DNA from: Felis catus
Taxonomy: Eukaryota
Assembly: GCF_018350175.1 (NCBI RefSeq)
Contig: NC_058368.1
Span: 930,001 to 994,000, forward strand
Length of the DNA stretch: 64,000 nt
Direction: 5' to 3'
Below are positions 50,578 to 63,200 of this stretch, in pieces (the stretch's first letter is position 1; each line of letters opens with the position of its first letter). The translations under genes were made by a program, and so were the position numbers. The notes beneath the pieces were generated by a model. The model was given only the letters and a program-made list of their open reading frames with translations. It ran no database searches and was not told the origin of the DNA.

Positions 50578-50674
50578 CCCCGCCCTCCGCGCCCTCAATG
50601 GCTGGCCGGAAAGGCGGGCCGCGGCGCCTCGGGCACGTCCATTGGCTACATCTGCCTTCCTTCAGGACCCGCCC
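50578..50674 (-). promoter_or_regulatory. Proximal promoter: GC boxes (50578-50585, 50668-50674) and NF-Y-type CCAAT box (AGCCAATG, 50640-50647)
   Basis: Motif matches on the minus strand immediately upstream of predicted exon 1. Confidence 0.6.
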
Positions 50675-53600
50675 TCGGGGGGTGGTCCGAAAGGCTGTCC
50701 GTCAGGCGCAGGCCACACCCCCCCGGCGTCGCCTTTCCACTCCCCCCCTCCGCCCGCTCTCGGCCCTCGGCCGCGTCCCCTCCCCTCCTTACCCCCGCCT
50801 CCCACCCCGCCCCCACCCCCGGGTCCGTCAGGGTCAGGCAGCCCGAGTTTCGCCGCCCGCTGCACCGGCCACGGGCTCCGGCCCTGGGCGCCCGGGGTGC
50901 CCTCCAGGGCCCGGGACGGCCCGCGAATCTGAGGCCGTGGCCGCCTGCCCTGGCTCGGGCCTGGGCGCCCAGGCTGCTGCAGCCGCTCCCAACGACCCTG
51001 CCCGAGGAGAGACACGGCCTCGATGTCCCCAACGCCCTCCCTGTCCAGTTCCTGAAGGCCCCCGAGAGGGGCGAGCCCGGGCACGGGCTGGAGCGATTGA
51101 AAGTGGGAGGTCGGGGCAGCGGGTGAAGTGGGTTCCCGAACGTGCCGCGGGGAGTGGGAGCGCTTCCACCCTCGCCTCACCCCCGTGGGGAATAGTCCCC
51201 CCACCTCCCGTCATGGCTGCGGGAGGAGACGACGTCCTCCATTTTGTCGGGACTGCTGTGGGAACTTGGGACCAGTTCAAAACCAGACCCCGTGGGGCTG
51301 GGAAACTTGTTCCCGCGAAGCCCCAACTGGGCTCCGCCATTCGGCCGGGGGGACGGCCCCTGATGCCGGCGTCTGCGTCTGAGGGGCCCTGGGGGACGGG
51401 CGCCACGGTGGAGGGACCCAGACGCCGCTCCCCGCCTCCATCAACCAAGATGGAGGAAGCTGCGGGCTCCCCTGGAGCTGGGCTCCCGCCTGTTGGAAGG
51501 GCCGGAGCCTCCCCTCGGTGCGTCCCTCGCCGCTGCCGTCGTCCTCCTCCGCGGCCTCTTTCGGTTGCCCTCCCCCAGCCTCTACCCGGCCTCCCCACTG
51601 CCTTCCACCATCGCCTGGTCCTCAACGGTCGATGGGGTCTCCACTCCACCGCCTGCTCCATCGCTTCGCCCAACCGGGGCCGGCCTGGCTGCGGGGAGCC
51701 GAGCGAAGGTGCGCGGCGTTGCGGCGCGCCCCGGGGCGGGTGTGCCCGGAGAAGCCACATCGACGATGGGGCTTCTCTTTTGTTCATCGTCTACACCTAC
51801 GTCTTCGGCGCACGTCAGGGTGCCGTGCGACATCCAAGATTCCATGTAAAGATGAAAGCGAGGCCTCTTTCGTCTCACCCTAGCGGTTGTTCGTGGGATT
51901 ACAACGGACGGTGTTGACAAGTTGGTAAAAAACCATTACAGATGACACAAACGGATTTTAAAAACCGATTGAACCCCCTCATTACTTTTTCTGGGATATG
52001 GTAAAGACACAGGCCTATTGAGTGACAGACACAAATCATCTAAGGCAAAAGCATGGTCATAGATGGACGAGAGTCTTTATATGTAGTGCTGGATTGCATG
52101 GACGTCCCTAATGTCACCAAGATTTTTATGTTTTAACTCCTCAATTATTGTTTGGAAATAAATGAAGCAACAAAATGTATTACCAACATTTCAATAACTG
52201 TGCAAATTATAACCATCCCTATCCTGTTTAAGCACGTGGTAAAGGCAAGCCAGAGAGGTACGTTGGATTAACAGGGTAGAGTTGTATAGACAATTTAAAG
52301 TAAGGTCTGTGTCAGAGACGTTAGATACTAGATTCAGTAGTCACACGTCACGTATTTCTGGAGGCATTATCTTGCCCACAATTCTCTGGCACTGATACTG
52401 TTCAAAGATGAAAAAATGATAACATTTGTTTCTCTATAATGACAAGAGTAAGAGGTCCATAGATACTTTCCTTGATATGCTGCCGTGATTTCAAGGAATG
52501 TTGAATTAGAACAACAAAAGTCGACATTGGTGATAATATTTACTTCAGTACATTTGAAGTATTTTCTGAATAACTTTTCATTATTAAAGGTAGACACAAT
52601 GATTCCTATACAGACCACAAGAGCAAACCTAAGAGGCTCTATGATAAATTACATCGAGCTTCCAAGGACAGAAGAGTTGCATTCAAATTCTTGTCTGCTA
52701 CTAATTACAAACCCATGACTATCCTCACTTCCACCTCACTTGCTATTTTGTAATTAAATAATGCAGGATGTTGTAAGGTCCAAATAAAAAAAAAATGTGA
52801 CACTGATAAGTAACTACAAGGCAATGCTGTTTATTATGGATCTTTTGATAATTAAAGACTGACTGCCCATGGAAAGGCAGAGAGACATTGTGATTAAGAG
52901 TACACTTTCTGGAGTCAGATCACCTGCCTTTGACTATCATCAGCTAGCTAGGTACTTAAACTCTCTCATTCTTAGTAGCTGCTATATTGGACAGCATAGA
53001 TAAGAAATATTTCCACCATTACATAAAGTTCTATAGTAAATCACTGCAGTCATCTTAAATATTGGGAGAGTGGGGGGAAAGACAGAAAAACCAATCGGCC
53101 ATCTTAAGCTTCCAATCTGTTCCTTCTTTCCTAGTCTTCCTTATTTTATTGCCTAAAATATATTTTTGTTTTGTTGGTGGTGGTTTATCAGGATAAGCAT
53201 TTATTCCCTCAGTCACTTTTCTCATCTATCCTTCACCCCACAAGTGTTTTGATCCAATATTCTATGAAATACTTGGATCATGATTTTTTGTTGTTGTCGT
53301 TGATCATGATTTTAGAATTATATACTAAGCCACTTTCCAGGAGTAAATTTTGGTTTCAAGTATATTTTCTCAAAGCTTCTTCGTTTTATGTACTGATTCC
53401 AAGCATTAAATCTTTTCTTCTTCTTTTTTCAAATGTTTATCTATTTTTGAGAGAGAGAGCTAGTGGGGACAGGGGATAGGGAGGGACAGAGAGAGAGAGA
53501 GGGAAACAGGATTCCAAAGTGGACTCTGTGTTGACAGCAGACAGCCTGATGAGGGACCTGAACTCATGAACAATGAGATCATGACCTGAGCCAAAGTCAA

Positions 53601-53714
53601 AAGCTTAACCGACTGAGTCACCCAGGCACCCCAAATCTTTTCTTTTGTATTACAATAAAATACATTAATTTTACATTAAAGATATTTTTGTTTCATCAAA
53701 GTATTGTTATGAAG

Positions 53715-54132
53715 AATTTTTTTCTTTTTTCTAATGTTTATTTATTTTGAGAGAGAGCCAACCATCAGGTGGGAGTGGGGGAGGGGGAGAGAGAGAAGAG
53801 AGAGAAAATCCCAAGCAGGGATGCAGGGCTCAATCTCACCAACCATGAGATCATGACCTGAGTTGAAATCAAGAGTTAGTCTCTTAATCAACTGAGCCAC
53901 CCAGGCACCCCAGAGAATTTTTTTTTTTTCAACGTTTATTTATTTTTGGGACAGAGAGAGACAGAGCATGAACGGGGGAGGGGCAGAGAGAGAGGGAGAC
54001 ACAGAATCGGAAACAGGCTCCAGGCTCTGAGCCATCAGCCCAGAGCCTGACACAGGGCTCGAACTCCCGGACCGCGAGATCGTGACCTGGCTGAAGTCGG
54101 ACGCTTAAACAACTGCGCCACCCAGGCGCCCC
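53715..54132 (-). mobile_element. Two adjacent SINECs (older 53715-53911, young 53920-54132)
   Basis: agaattttttt occurs at 53713, 53914 and 54135, bracketing both elements. Confidence 0.85.
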
Positions 54133-54189
54133 AGAGAATTTTTTTCTTGATGTACCACTGAGACACTTGGGAATTAATAATAATAAAAG

Positions 54190-54440
54190 CTAAAATTTAT
54201 GAATTTCTTACAATGTTATAGGTGTAATTCTAACTGCAATATGTGTGATAATTCATTAAATCACAAGGAAATGCTCTAAAGTATTTTTATTAATCCATAT
54301 TTCAATATTACCCACATTTAAAAGATGATTAAACTGAGACTGAGAGAGTTTAAGTAACTTGCCCATGATCGTACAGCTAGCTGGTGACAAAGTTAAGATC
54401 AAACAGGCAATCTGGCTCTAGGGAATATATTCTCAGTCAC
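54190..54440. mobile_element. MIR SINE relic (others at ~29520-29710, 42300-42420, 43070-43200)
   Basis: MIR core text cccacatttaaaagatgattaaactgagactgagagagtttaagtaacttgcccatgatc. Confidence 0.7.
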
Positions 54441-55075
54441 AATGTTTGCCTTTCCATGAGCAGTATGTCAAAAGATCAATATTTAATAACATTGCTTTGT
54501 TGTTCTTATTAAGCAGTTATTAAACAGAGACAAAAGACCCAAGTGGTCACATATGATAACAGAATTAAGGTTACGCAAATTCTGTTTATTTTTTTACAAT
54601 GACTGTGTTATTATCACTTATTTATAACCTGTTGTTTAAATGAAGTAATATGTAGTTTCCCAAAGGGTTGCAGACCTGAACTGCACAGGAAGCAAGCTTT
54701 AAAGGTTTAGAATTATTATAAACTCACTCTTAAAACAAAGATGTACAAATAAGTTGATGTGTATTATAGGGTGATAGTGGTATTGGGAGTTTTCTGAATT
54801 AACCTGTATGTAAAATACAATGTTTGTTAAATGAAAACCAATAAAAACATGTTAATTTGAATTTACATGTTTATTATTAATACTCAACAGTACCTGCAGT
54901 AATTATTTTGTACCGAGGCCAACAAAAGAGATCATTTTAAGAATATTTTACCACTGATATTAATTAAAATTGCCTGACCATAGTGATAATAAAATGCAGA
55001 CTAATTCTTAGATTTTATCATTGTCTTTAAATTCCCTACAGACACTGCAACTCCCAATTGAAAACTCCCACTGCT

Positions 55076-55500
55076 GGGCACCTGGGTGGCTCAGTCAGCT
55101 AAGTGTCCAACTCTTGATTTCAGCTCAGGCCGTGATCTAATGGTTCAGGAGTTTGAGCCCTGAGTTGGGCTCCATGCTGACTGTGGAGCCTGCTTGGGAT
55201 TCTCTCTCACTCCCTCTCTTTCTGCCCTTCCCCTTCTTGCACATGCTCTCTGTCTCTCAAAATAAATAAACTTTAAAAATTTTCTAACAAGGGGCGCCTG
55301 GGTGGCTCAGTCGGTTGGGCGTCCGACTTCGGCTCAGGTCATGATCTCATGGTCCGTGAGTTCAAGCCCCGCGTCGGGCTCTGTGCTGACAGCTCAGCTT
55401 CGGATTCTGTGTCTCCCTCTCTCTCTGACCCTCCCCTGTTCATGCTCTGTCTCTCTGTCTCAAAAATAAATAAACATTAAAAAAAAAATTTCTAACAAAA
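55076..55500 (+). mobile_element. SINEC with a second SINEC inserted in its tail
   Basis: Outer TSD aaa(c/t)tcccactgctg (~55062-55076, 55501-55515); inner TSD aaaaattt(t)ctaacaa (~55275-55290, 55484-55498). Confidence 0.8.
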
Positions 55501-55687
55501 AATTCCCACTGCTGCCTACCCCTCCACGGCATGATATAAGACGTATATAATTGTATACATTTGTGTATATGCATTTTATATAGTTATGTATATACATATA
55601 AGTAAAATAATGGGCATATTATATACAGTCAAGTAAGAAGGTACAACTGTCATATACATACATGTACCTTCAATATAGCACTTTCAG

Positions 55688-56075
55688 TTGTTTGAAGGCT
55701 GCCCTCCCCAAAAGATATGTTCATCCAGAACCTGCAAAAGTAATCTTATTTGGAAAAAAAGGTCTTTGTACATATACTTAAGGATCTTAAAACAGAACGC
55801 ACAAAGGAAAAGTCCATGTGAAGACAGAAGCAAAGATTGGAGCTATGCTGCCACAATATAAGGAATGCTTGAGAAACCAGAAGCCGGAAGAGGCAAGAAA
55901 TAATTCTTGAATTTTGGAGGGAACTCCAAAACTAGAGTTTTGGAGGGAGCACGGCCCTGCTGACAGCTTGATTTCAGAATTCTGACTTCTAGAACTGTGA
56001 AAGAATAAAATTATGTAGTTTTAAGCCACTAAGTTTGTAGCAATTTGTTATGGTAGCTCTTAAAAACTAATATAT
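55688..56075 (+). mobile_element. MLT1-family (ERVL-MaLR) solo LTR
   Basis: ttatttggaaaaaaaggtctttg...gaagccggaagaggcaag...ggagcacggccctgctgacagcttgatttcag...agaactgtgaaagaataaa...ttttaagccactaagtttg. Confidence 0.85.
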
Positions 56076-57259
56076 AGCTACAATATAGCTATAAAGCAAA
56101 ACAAGGAAATGAAGTAAGACTTAGATAAATCAATGAACAGTTATTATTTGAGGATTTTAACATACCCACTCTCAAAACCTGATACACCGAGGAAATTAAA
56201 AAATATGATGAGATTAAAAAAAAGGATCTGACTAACCCAGTTAATGTGTATATGAAGAATTAGCAAAGAGAAAATAGATATTTTTTACATTAAAAATATT
56301 TACAACAATAGATCAGATTTGGCCCTAAAGTATCCCTAATGAATTCTAAAAATCAATATCATAGATACCATATTCTCCCACCGTAATCTAATAATACTTA
56401 GGATTAATAACAAAATTAATAAGCCCTAGATATTTGAATACTAAATAAATGATTATTAAATACTATTGGGGTAAAGGGAAATTATCAAGAAAATGAAGAA
56501 ATACTTAAGAATGAAATGGTAGTAAGAGTACAAAATGTTAGGGGCGCCTGGGTGTTTTAGTCAGTTGAGCGTCCAACTTCAGCTCAGGTCATGATCTTGC
56601 AATCTGTGAGTTTGAGCCCCATGTTGGGCTCTGTGCTGACAGCTCAGAGCCTGGAGCCTGCTTTGGATTCTGTGTCTCCCTCTCTCTCTGCCCCTCCCCT
56701 GCTCATGCTCTGTCTCTCTCTCTGTCAAAAATAAATAAACATTAAAAAAAAATTTTTTTAGAATACAAAATGTTAAAATATATGAGAAAACCCGAAGCAA
56801 ATATAAAGGGAAGTTGTAACTTAAAATGTATTTATCGGGAAATTTTTCCTCTTCAAAATCTTCCAGCCTTCACACAGTCAAATTCCAAAGCCATTTGCAC
56901 ATTTTTAGGAATTTATAACAGCGTCACCCCCTTCCAGGCGCCAAAATCTTGTTTCATTTATCTTTTCTTTAGTTTGCTAATTTATGAACTATCCTTATTA
57001 ATATCTTCCTTTTTATTTATTTGCATTTTCTCTGTTGACCTTTTCTACTTACTTATTTAAATGTTTCACAGATTACTCCTAGTAGAAATTTGGACTTTCA
57101 GGACACTATTGGTAAGGGATAAGAAAAAAGTTAGAAACATGTTAATGTAATCACTACAGGGGAAAACGTATTTTATACATATTTCTACTGGCAGAAATAT
57201 ATATTTCTCTGATACAACATAAGAGAAGAATTGGCAAAACAGGTAAAATCACATACAGT

Positions 57260-60200
57260 TTATATTTTATTTTATTTTTTTCCTTTTAATTATTTTTTAA
57301 ATTTAAATCCAAGTTAGTAAACATATAGCACTAATAATGGTTTCAGGAATAGAATTTAGTGATTCATCACTTACAGATAACACCCAGTGCTCATTCCAAC
57401 AAGTGCCCTCTTTAATGCCCATAGACCATTTAGCCCATCTACCCGACACCCTGCCAGCAGCCCTCCTTTTTTTCTCCATATTTAAAGGTCTCTTATGGTT
57501 TGTCTCTCTGTTTTTATCTTACTTTTGCTTCCCTTCCCCTATGTTCATCTGTTTTGTTTCTAAAAATTCACATATGAGTGAAATCATATGATATTTGTCT
57601 TTCTCTGACTTATTTTGCTTACCATAATACATTCTAGTTCCATCCACATTGTTGCAAATGAAATAGTTCTATTTTTAATTTTTTGAGGACCCTCTTTACT
57701 GTTTTCCAGAGGGGCTGCACCAGTTCCCATTCCCCCCAGTAGTGCAGAAGGATTCCTCTTTCTCTGCATCCTCGCCAACATCTGTTGTTGACTGAGTTGT
57801 TAATTTTAGCCATTCTGAGAGGGGTGAGGTGGTATCTCGTGGTTTTGACTTGTATTTCCCTGATGATGAGTGATGTTGAGGCTCTTCTCATGTGTCAGTT
57901 GGCCATCTGGATGTCATCTTTGGAGAAGTGTCTATTCATGTCTTTTGCCCAATTCTTCACTGGATTCTTTCATTTTTGGGTGTTGAGTGTGACAAGTTCT
58001 TTATACATTTTGGATACTAACCCTTATCTAATATGAAATTTGCAAATATCTTCTCCAATTCTGTTGATTGCCTTTTAGTTTTGCTGATTATTTCCTTCAC
58101 TGTGCAGAAACTTTTTGTCTTGATGAGGTCCCAATAGTTCATTTTTGCTTTTGTTTCTCCTTGCCTCTGGAGATGTGTTGAATAAGAAGTTACTGTGGCT
58201 TGGCAAAACAAAAACAAAAACAGATACTCAGATCAATGGAACAGAATAGAGAACCCAGAAATGGACCCACAAACATAGAGCCAACTAATCTTTGACAAAG
58301 CAGGCAAGAATATCCAATGGAATAAAGACAGTCTCTTCAGCAATTGGTGCTGGGAAAACTGGACAGTGACATGCAGAAGAATGAACCTGGACCACTTTCT
58401 TACACCATACACAAAAATCATCTCAAAGTGGATGAAAGACCTAAATGTAAGACAGGAAGCCATCAAAATCCTAGAGGAGAAAGCAGGCAAAGACCTCTTT
58501 GATCTTGGCCACAGCAACTTCTTATTCACCACGTCTCCAAAGGCAAGGGAAACAAAAGCAAAAATGAACTACTAGGACCTCATCAAAATAAAAAGATTTT
58601 TCACAGCAAAGGAAATAATCAGCAAAACTAAAAGGCAACCGACGGAATGGGAGAAGATATTTGCAAATAACATATCGGATAAAGGATTAGTATCCAAAAT
58701 CTATAAAGAACTTATCAAACTCAACACCCAGGGAAATACAAATCAAAACCACAATGAGATACAACCTCACCCCTCTCAGAATGGCTAACATTAACAACTC
58801 AGGCAACAACAGATGTTGGCAAGGATGAAGAGAAAGAGGATCTCTTTTTGCACTGCTGGTGGGAATGCAAACTGGTGCAGCCACTCTGGAGAACAGTATG
58901 GAGGTTCTTCAAAAAATTAAAAACAGAACTACTCTATGACCCAGCAATCGCACTACTAGGTATTTATCCAAGGGATACAGGTATGCTGTTTAGAAGGAAC
59001 ACATACACCCCAATGTTTATAGCAGCACTACCAACAATAGCCAAAGTATGAAAAGAACCCAAATGTCCATCGCTGGATGAATGGATAAAGAAGATGTGGT
59101 ATATATATATACAATGGAGTATTACCCAAGAATCAAAAAGAATGAAATCTTGTCATTTGCAACTACATGATGGAACTGGAGGGTATTATGCTAAGCAAAA
59201 TTAGTCAGAGAAAGACAAATATTATATGACCTCACTCATATGAGGACTTTAAGACACAGAACAGATGAACATAAGGGAAGGGAAGCAAGAATAATATAAA
59301 AACAGGGAGGGGACAAAACATAAGAGACTCTTAAATATGGAGAACAAACAGAGGGTTATTGGAAGGGTTGTAGGAGGGGGAACGGGCTAAATGGGTAAGG
59401 GGCCTTAAGGAATCTACTCCTGAAATCATTGTTGCACTATATGCTAACTAATTTGGATGTAAAATAAAACAAAATAAAATAAAATAAAATAAAATAAAAT
59501 AAAATAAAATAAAATGTTATCGTACTAGTATAACAATGGTTGAAAAATTCCCATCTTATTTATATTTTTTGGCAATGCAAAACTTATTTGGGGAGGTTTC
59601 AAAGAGAAAAACAATGTCTAGCATCAGTTTCATTCACTGAATTTTATTGCATTTTGGATATGAAAATTCCTTTCACACTTTTTTCCATCTCAAGAGATTG
59701 TGACTCAGTTTTTCTCCCAGTTTATATAGTTGGAGAACTCTGGAGAACCAGGCATGACTGTGGTTTGAAACACTTTGGTGCAGCACAGTAAAGAAAGCTG
59801 TGCTGAAATGAGAAATAGATGCAAAACCATGATCAGTGTTCAAATACGCCTAATAAAACATGGTACAATATTAAAAAAAAAAAAAGAAGAAGTTGCCACA
59901 GCCAAGGTCAGAGAGGTTGTTGCCTGTTTTCTCCTCTAGGATTTTGATGGCTTCCTTTCTTATGTTTAGGTCTTTCATCCATTTTGAGATTATTTTTGTA
60001 TGTTGTATAAGAAAGTGGTCCAGGTTCATTTTTCTGCATGTCACTGTCAGGTTTTCCCGGTACCACTTGCTGAAGAGACTGTCTTTTTTCCATTGGATAT
60101 TCTTGCCTGCTTTGTCAAAGATTAGTTGGCCATAGGTTTGTGGGTCCATTTCTGGGTTCCATTGATCTAGTGTCTGTTTTTGTGCTAGTCCAATACTGTC

Positions 60201-63200
60201 TCAATGATTATAGCTTTGTTATACAGCTTGAAGTCTGGAATTGTGATGCCTCCAGCTTTGGTTTTCTTTTCCGGATTGCTTTAGTTATTTGGGGTCTTTT
60301 CTGATTCCATACAAATTTTAGGATTGTTGTTCTAGCTCTGTGAAGAATGCTGGTGTTATTTTGATAGGGATTGCATTGAATATGTAGATTGCTTTGGGTA
60401 GTATTGATATTTTAATAATATTTGTTCTTCCAATCCTTGAGGATGTAAGGTTTTTCCATTTTGTTGTGTCTTCTTCAATTTCTTTCATAACCTTTGTCTA
60501 GTTTTCAGTGTATAAGTTTTTCACCTCTTTGGTTAGGTTTATTCTTAGGTATTTTATGGTTTTTGGTGCAATTGTAAATGGGATTGGTTCCTTGATATTT
60601 CTTTCTGCTGCTTCATTATTGGTGTATAGAAATGCAACCAATTTTTGTGTGTTGATTTTATGTCCTGCAACTTTGCTGAATTCATGTATCCATTCCAGCA
60701 GTTTTGGGGTGGAATCTTTTGGGTTTTCCACATAGAATATCATCTTGTTTGCAAAGAGTGAAAGTTTGACTTCCTCCTGGCCAATTTGTGCCTTTTATTT
60801 CTTGCTGTTGTCTGATTGCTGAGGCTAGGACTGCCAACACTATATTGAATAACAGTGGTGAAGAGTGGACATCCCTATTGTGTTCCTAACTTAGGGTGAA
60901 AGCTCTCAGTTTTTTTTTTGAGGATGATGTTAGCTGTGGGTCTTTCATATATAGCCTTTATGATCTTGAGGTATGTTCCTCTATCCCTACTTTCTTGAGG
61001 ATTTTTACCAAGAAAGGATGCTGTATTTTGTCAGATGCTTCTTTTTCTGCATCTATTGAGAGGATCATGTGATTCTTATCCTTTCTTTTATTAATGTGAT
61101 GTATCATGTTGATTGACTTGCAGATATTGAACCAGCCCTGCATCCCAGGCATAAATCCCACTTTATCATGGTGAATAATTCTTTTCATGTATTGTTGGAT
61201 CCAGTTTGTGAGCATCTTGTTGAGAATTTTTGCATCCATGTTTGTCAGGGAAGTTGGTATGTTGTTCTCCTTTTTAGTGGGATCTTTGTCTGGTTTTAGA
61301 ATCAATGTAACGCTAGCCTCATAGAATGAGTTTAGAAGTTTTCCTTCCGTTTCTATTTTTTGGAACAGCTTCAAAAGAATAGGTCTTAACTCTTCTTTAA
61401 ATGTTTGGTAGAATTCCCCCTGGAAAGCCATCTGCCCTGGACATTACTTTGTTGGGAGGTTTTTGATTACTGATTCAATATCTTTCCTGATTAGGGGTCT
61501 GATCAAGTTTTCTGTTTCTTCCTGTTTAAATCTGTTTAAGTCTGGTAGTTTATATGTTTTTAGGAATTTTTCCATTTCTTCCAGATTGCCCAATTTATTG
61601 GCATATAATTCCTCATAATATTCTTTTATTATTTGTATTTCTGCATTGTTGTTTGTTATGTCTCCTCTTTCTTTTATTTTTAATTTTTAATTTTTTATTT
61701 ATTTTTACATTTATTTATTTTTGAGAGACAGAGAGAGACAGAACACAAGAAGGGGAGGGGCAGAGAGAGACAGACACAGAATCTGAAGCAGGCTCCAGGC
61801 TCTGAGCTGACAGCACAGAGCCCAACGCGGGGCTCGAACTCACAAACTGTGAGATCATGACCTGAACCGAAGTCAGACGCTCAACCAGCTGAACCACCCA
61901 GGCGCCCCTGTCTCCTCTTTCATTCGTGATTTTTATTTATTTCTGTCCTTTCCTTTTTCTTTTTGATCAATCTGGCTATGGGTTTATAAATTTTGTTAAT
62001 TCTTTCAAAGAATTAGTTCCTGGTTTTATTGATTGGTTCTACTGTTGTTGTTTTTTTTATTTCGATATCATTGATTTCTGCTCTAATCTTTATTATTTCC
62101 CTTCTGCTGCTGGTTTTTGGTTTTATTTGCTGTTCTTGTTCCAGCTCTTTTAGTCGTAAGGTTAGGTTGTGTAATTGTGTATTGTGTATTTGTGTATCTT
62201 TAGGAAGGCCTGAATTGCTATATACTTCCCTCTTATGACTACCTTTGTTGCATCCCTGAGGTATTGGGCTGTCGTGTTTTCATTTTCATTGGCTTCCATG
62301 TACTTTTTAATTTCCTCTTTAATTTCTTGGTTAAGCCATTCATTCTTCAGTAGGATGTTCTTTAATCTCCAAGTATTCATGGTCTTTCCAAATTTTTTCT
62401 CATGGTAGATTTGAGTTTCACAGTGTTGTGTTTTGAAAAGATGAAAGGTATGATCTTGATCTTTTTGTACTTGTTGAGGGCTGATTTGTGACCCAGTTTG
62501 TGATATATTCTGGACAATTTTCCATGTGCACCGAAGAAGAATGTGCATCCTGCTTCTTTAGGAGGAAATGTTCTGAATACATCTGTTAAGCCCATCCAGT
62601 CCAGTGTGTTATTCAAAGCCACCGTTTCCTTGTTGATTTTCTGCTTAGATGATCTGTCCATTTCTATCAGTGGGGTTTTGAAGTCCCCTACTATTATTAT
62701 GGCATTATTATCAATGAGTTTCTTTATTTTTGTGATTAATTGATTTATGTATTTGTGTGCTCAATGTTGGGGACAGAAATATTTATAGTTGTTAGAAATT
62801 CTTGGTAGATAGACCCCTTAATTATGATATAATGCCCTATTTCATCTCTTGTTACAGTCTTTATTTTAAAGTCTAGTTTGTCTGATATAAGTATGGCTAC
62901 TCCAGCTTTCTTTTGATGACCATTAGCATGATAGATAGTTTTCTATCCCCTTACTTTCAATATGCAAGTGTCTTTAGATCTAAAATGAGTCTCTTGTAAG
63001 CAACATATAGATGGGTCTTCTTTTCTTATCCATTCTGATACCCTGTGTCTTTTGATTGGACCATTTAGTCCATTTACATTTAGAGTGAGTGCTGAAAGAT
63101 ATGAATTTATTGCCATTGTGTTGCCTGTAGAGACGGAGTTTCTGGTGGTATTCTCTGGTCTTTTCTAGTCTTTGTTTCTCTTGGTCTTTTTTGTTTTGTT

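Larger units (their letters stand above)
49700..51920. promoter_or_regulatory. CpG island / ZMYM5 promoter region
   Basis: Abrupt switch to very GC-rich, CpG-dense, repeat-free sequence in an otherwise AT-rich, CpG-depleted window. Confidence 0.92.

Noticed and set aside
49771..51920. Long overlapping ORFs in the CpG island (439 aa, 317 aa, 208 aa and others)
   Set aside because: Open on both strands in several frames, P/G/R/A-rich and without recognisable domains; expected from stop-codon scarcity in very GC-rich DNA
52367..52718. Overlapping 83-aa and 77-aa ORFs in unique sequence upstream of the island
   Set aside because: No recognisable homology or convincing splice context; length is within chance expectation
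57260..59515. Head-to-head L1 segments as a single twin-priming 5' inversion
   Set aside because: Both arms contain the same ORF2 C-terminal region and each has its own 3' tail, and the minus-strand element resumes at 59887; these are two separate insertions
60958..62661. L1 ORF2 fragments as an active reverse transcriptase/endonuclease
   Set aside because: Broken by frameshifts, stops and SINE insertions
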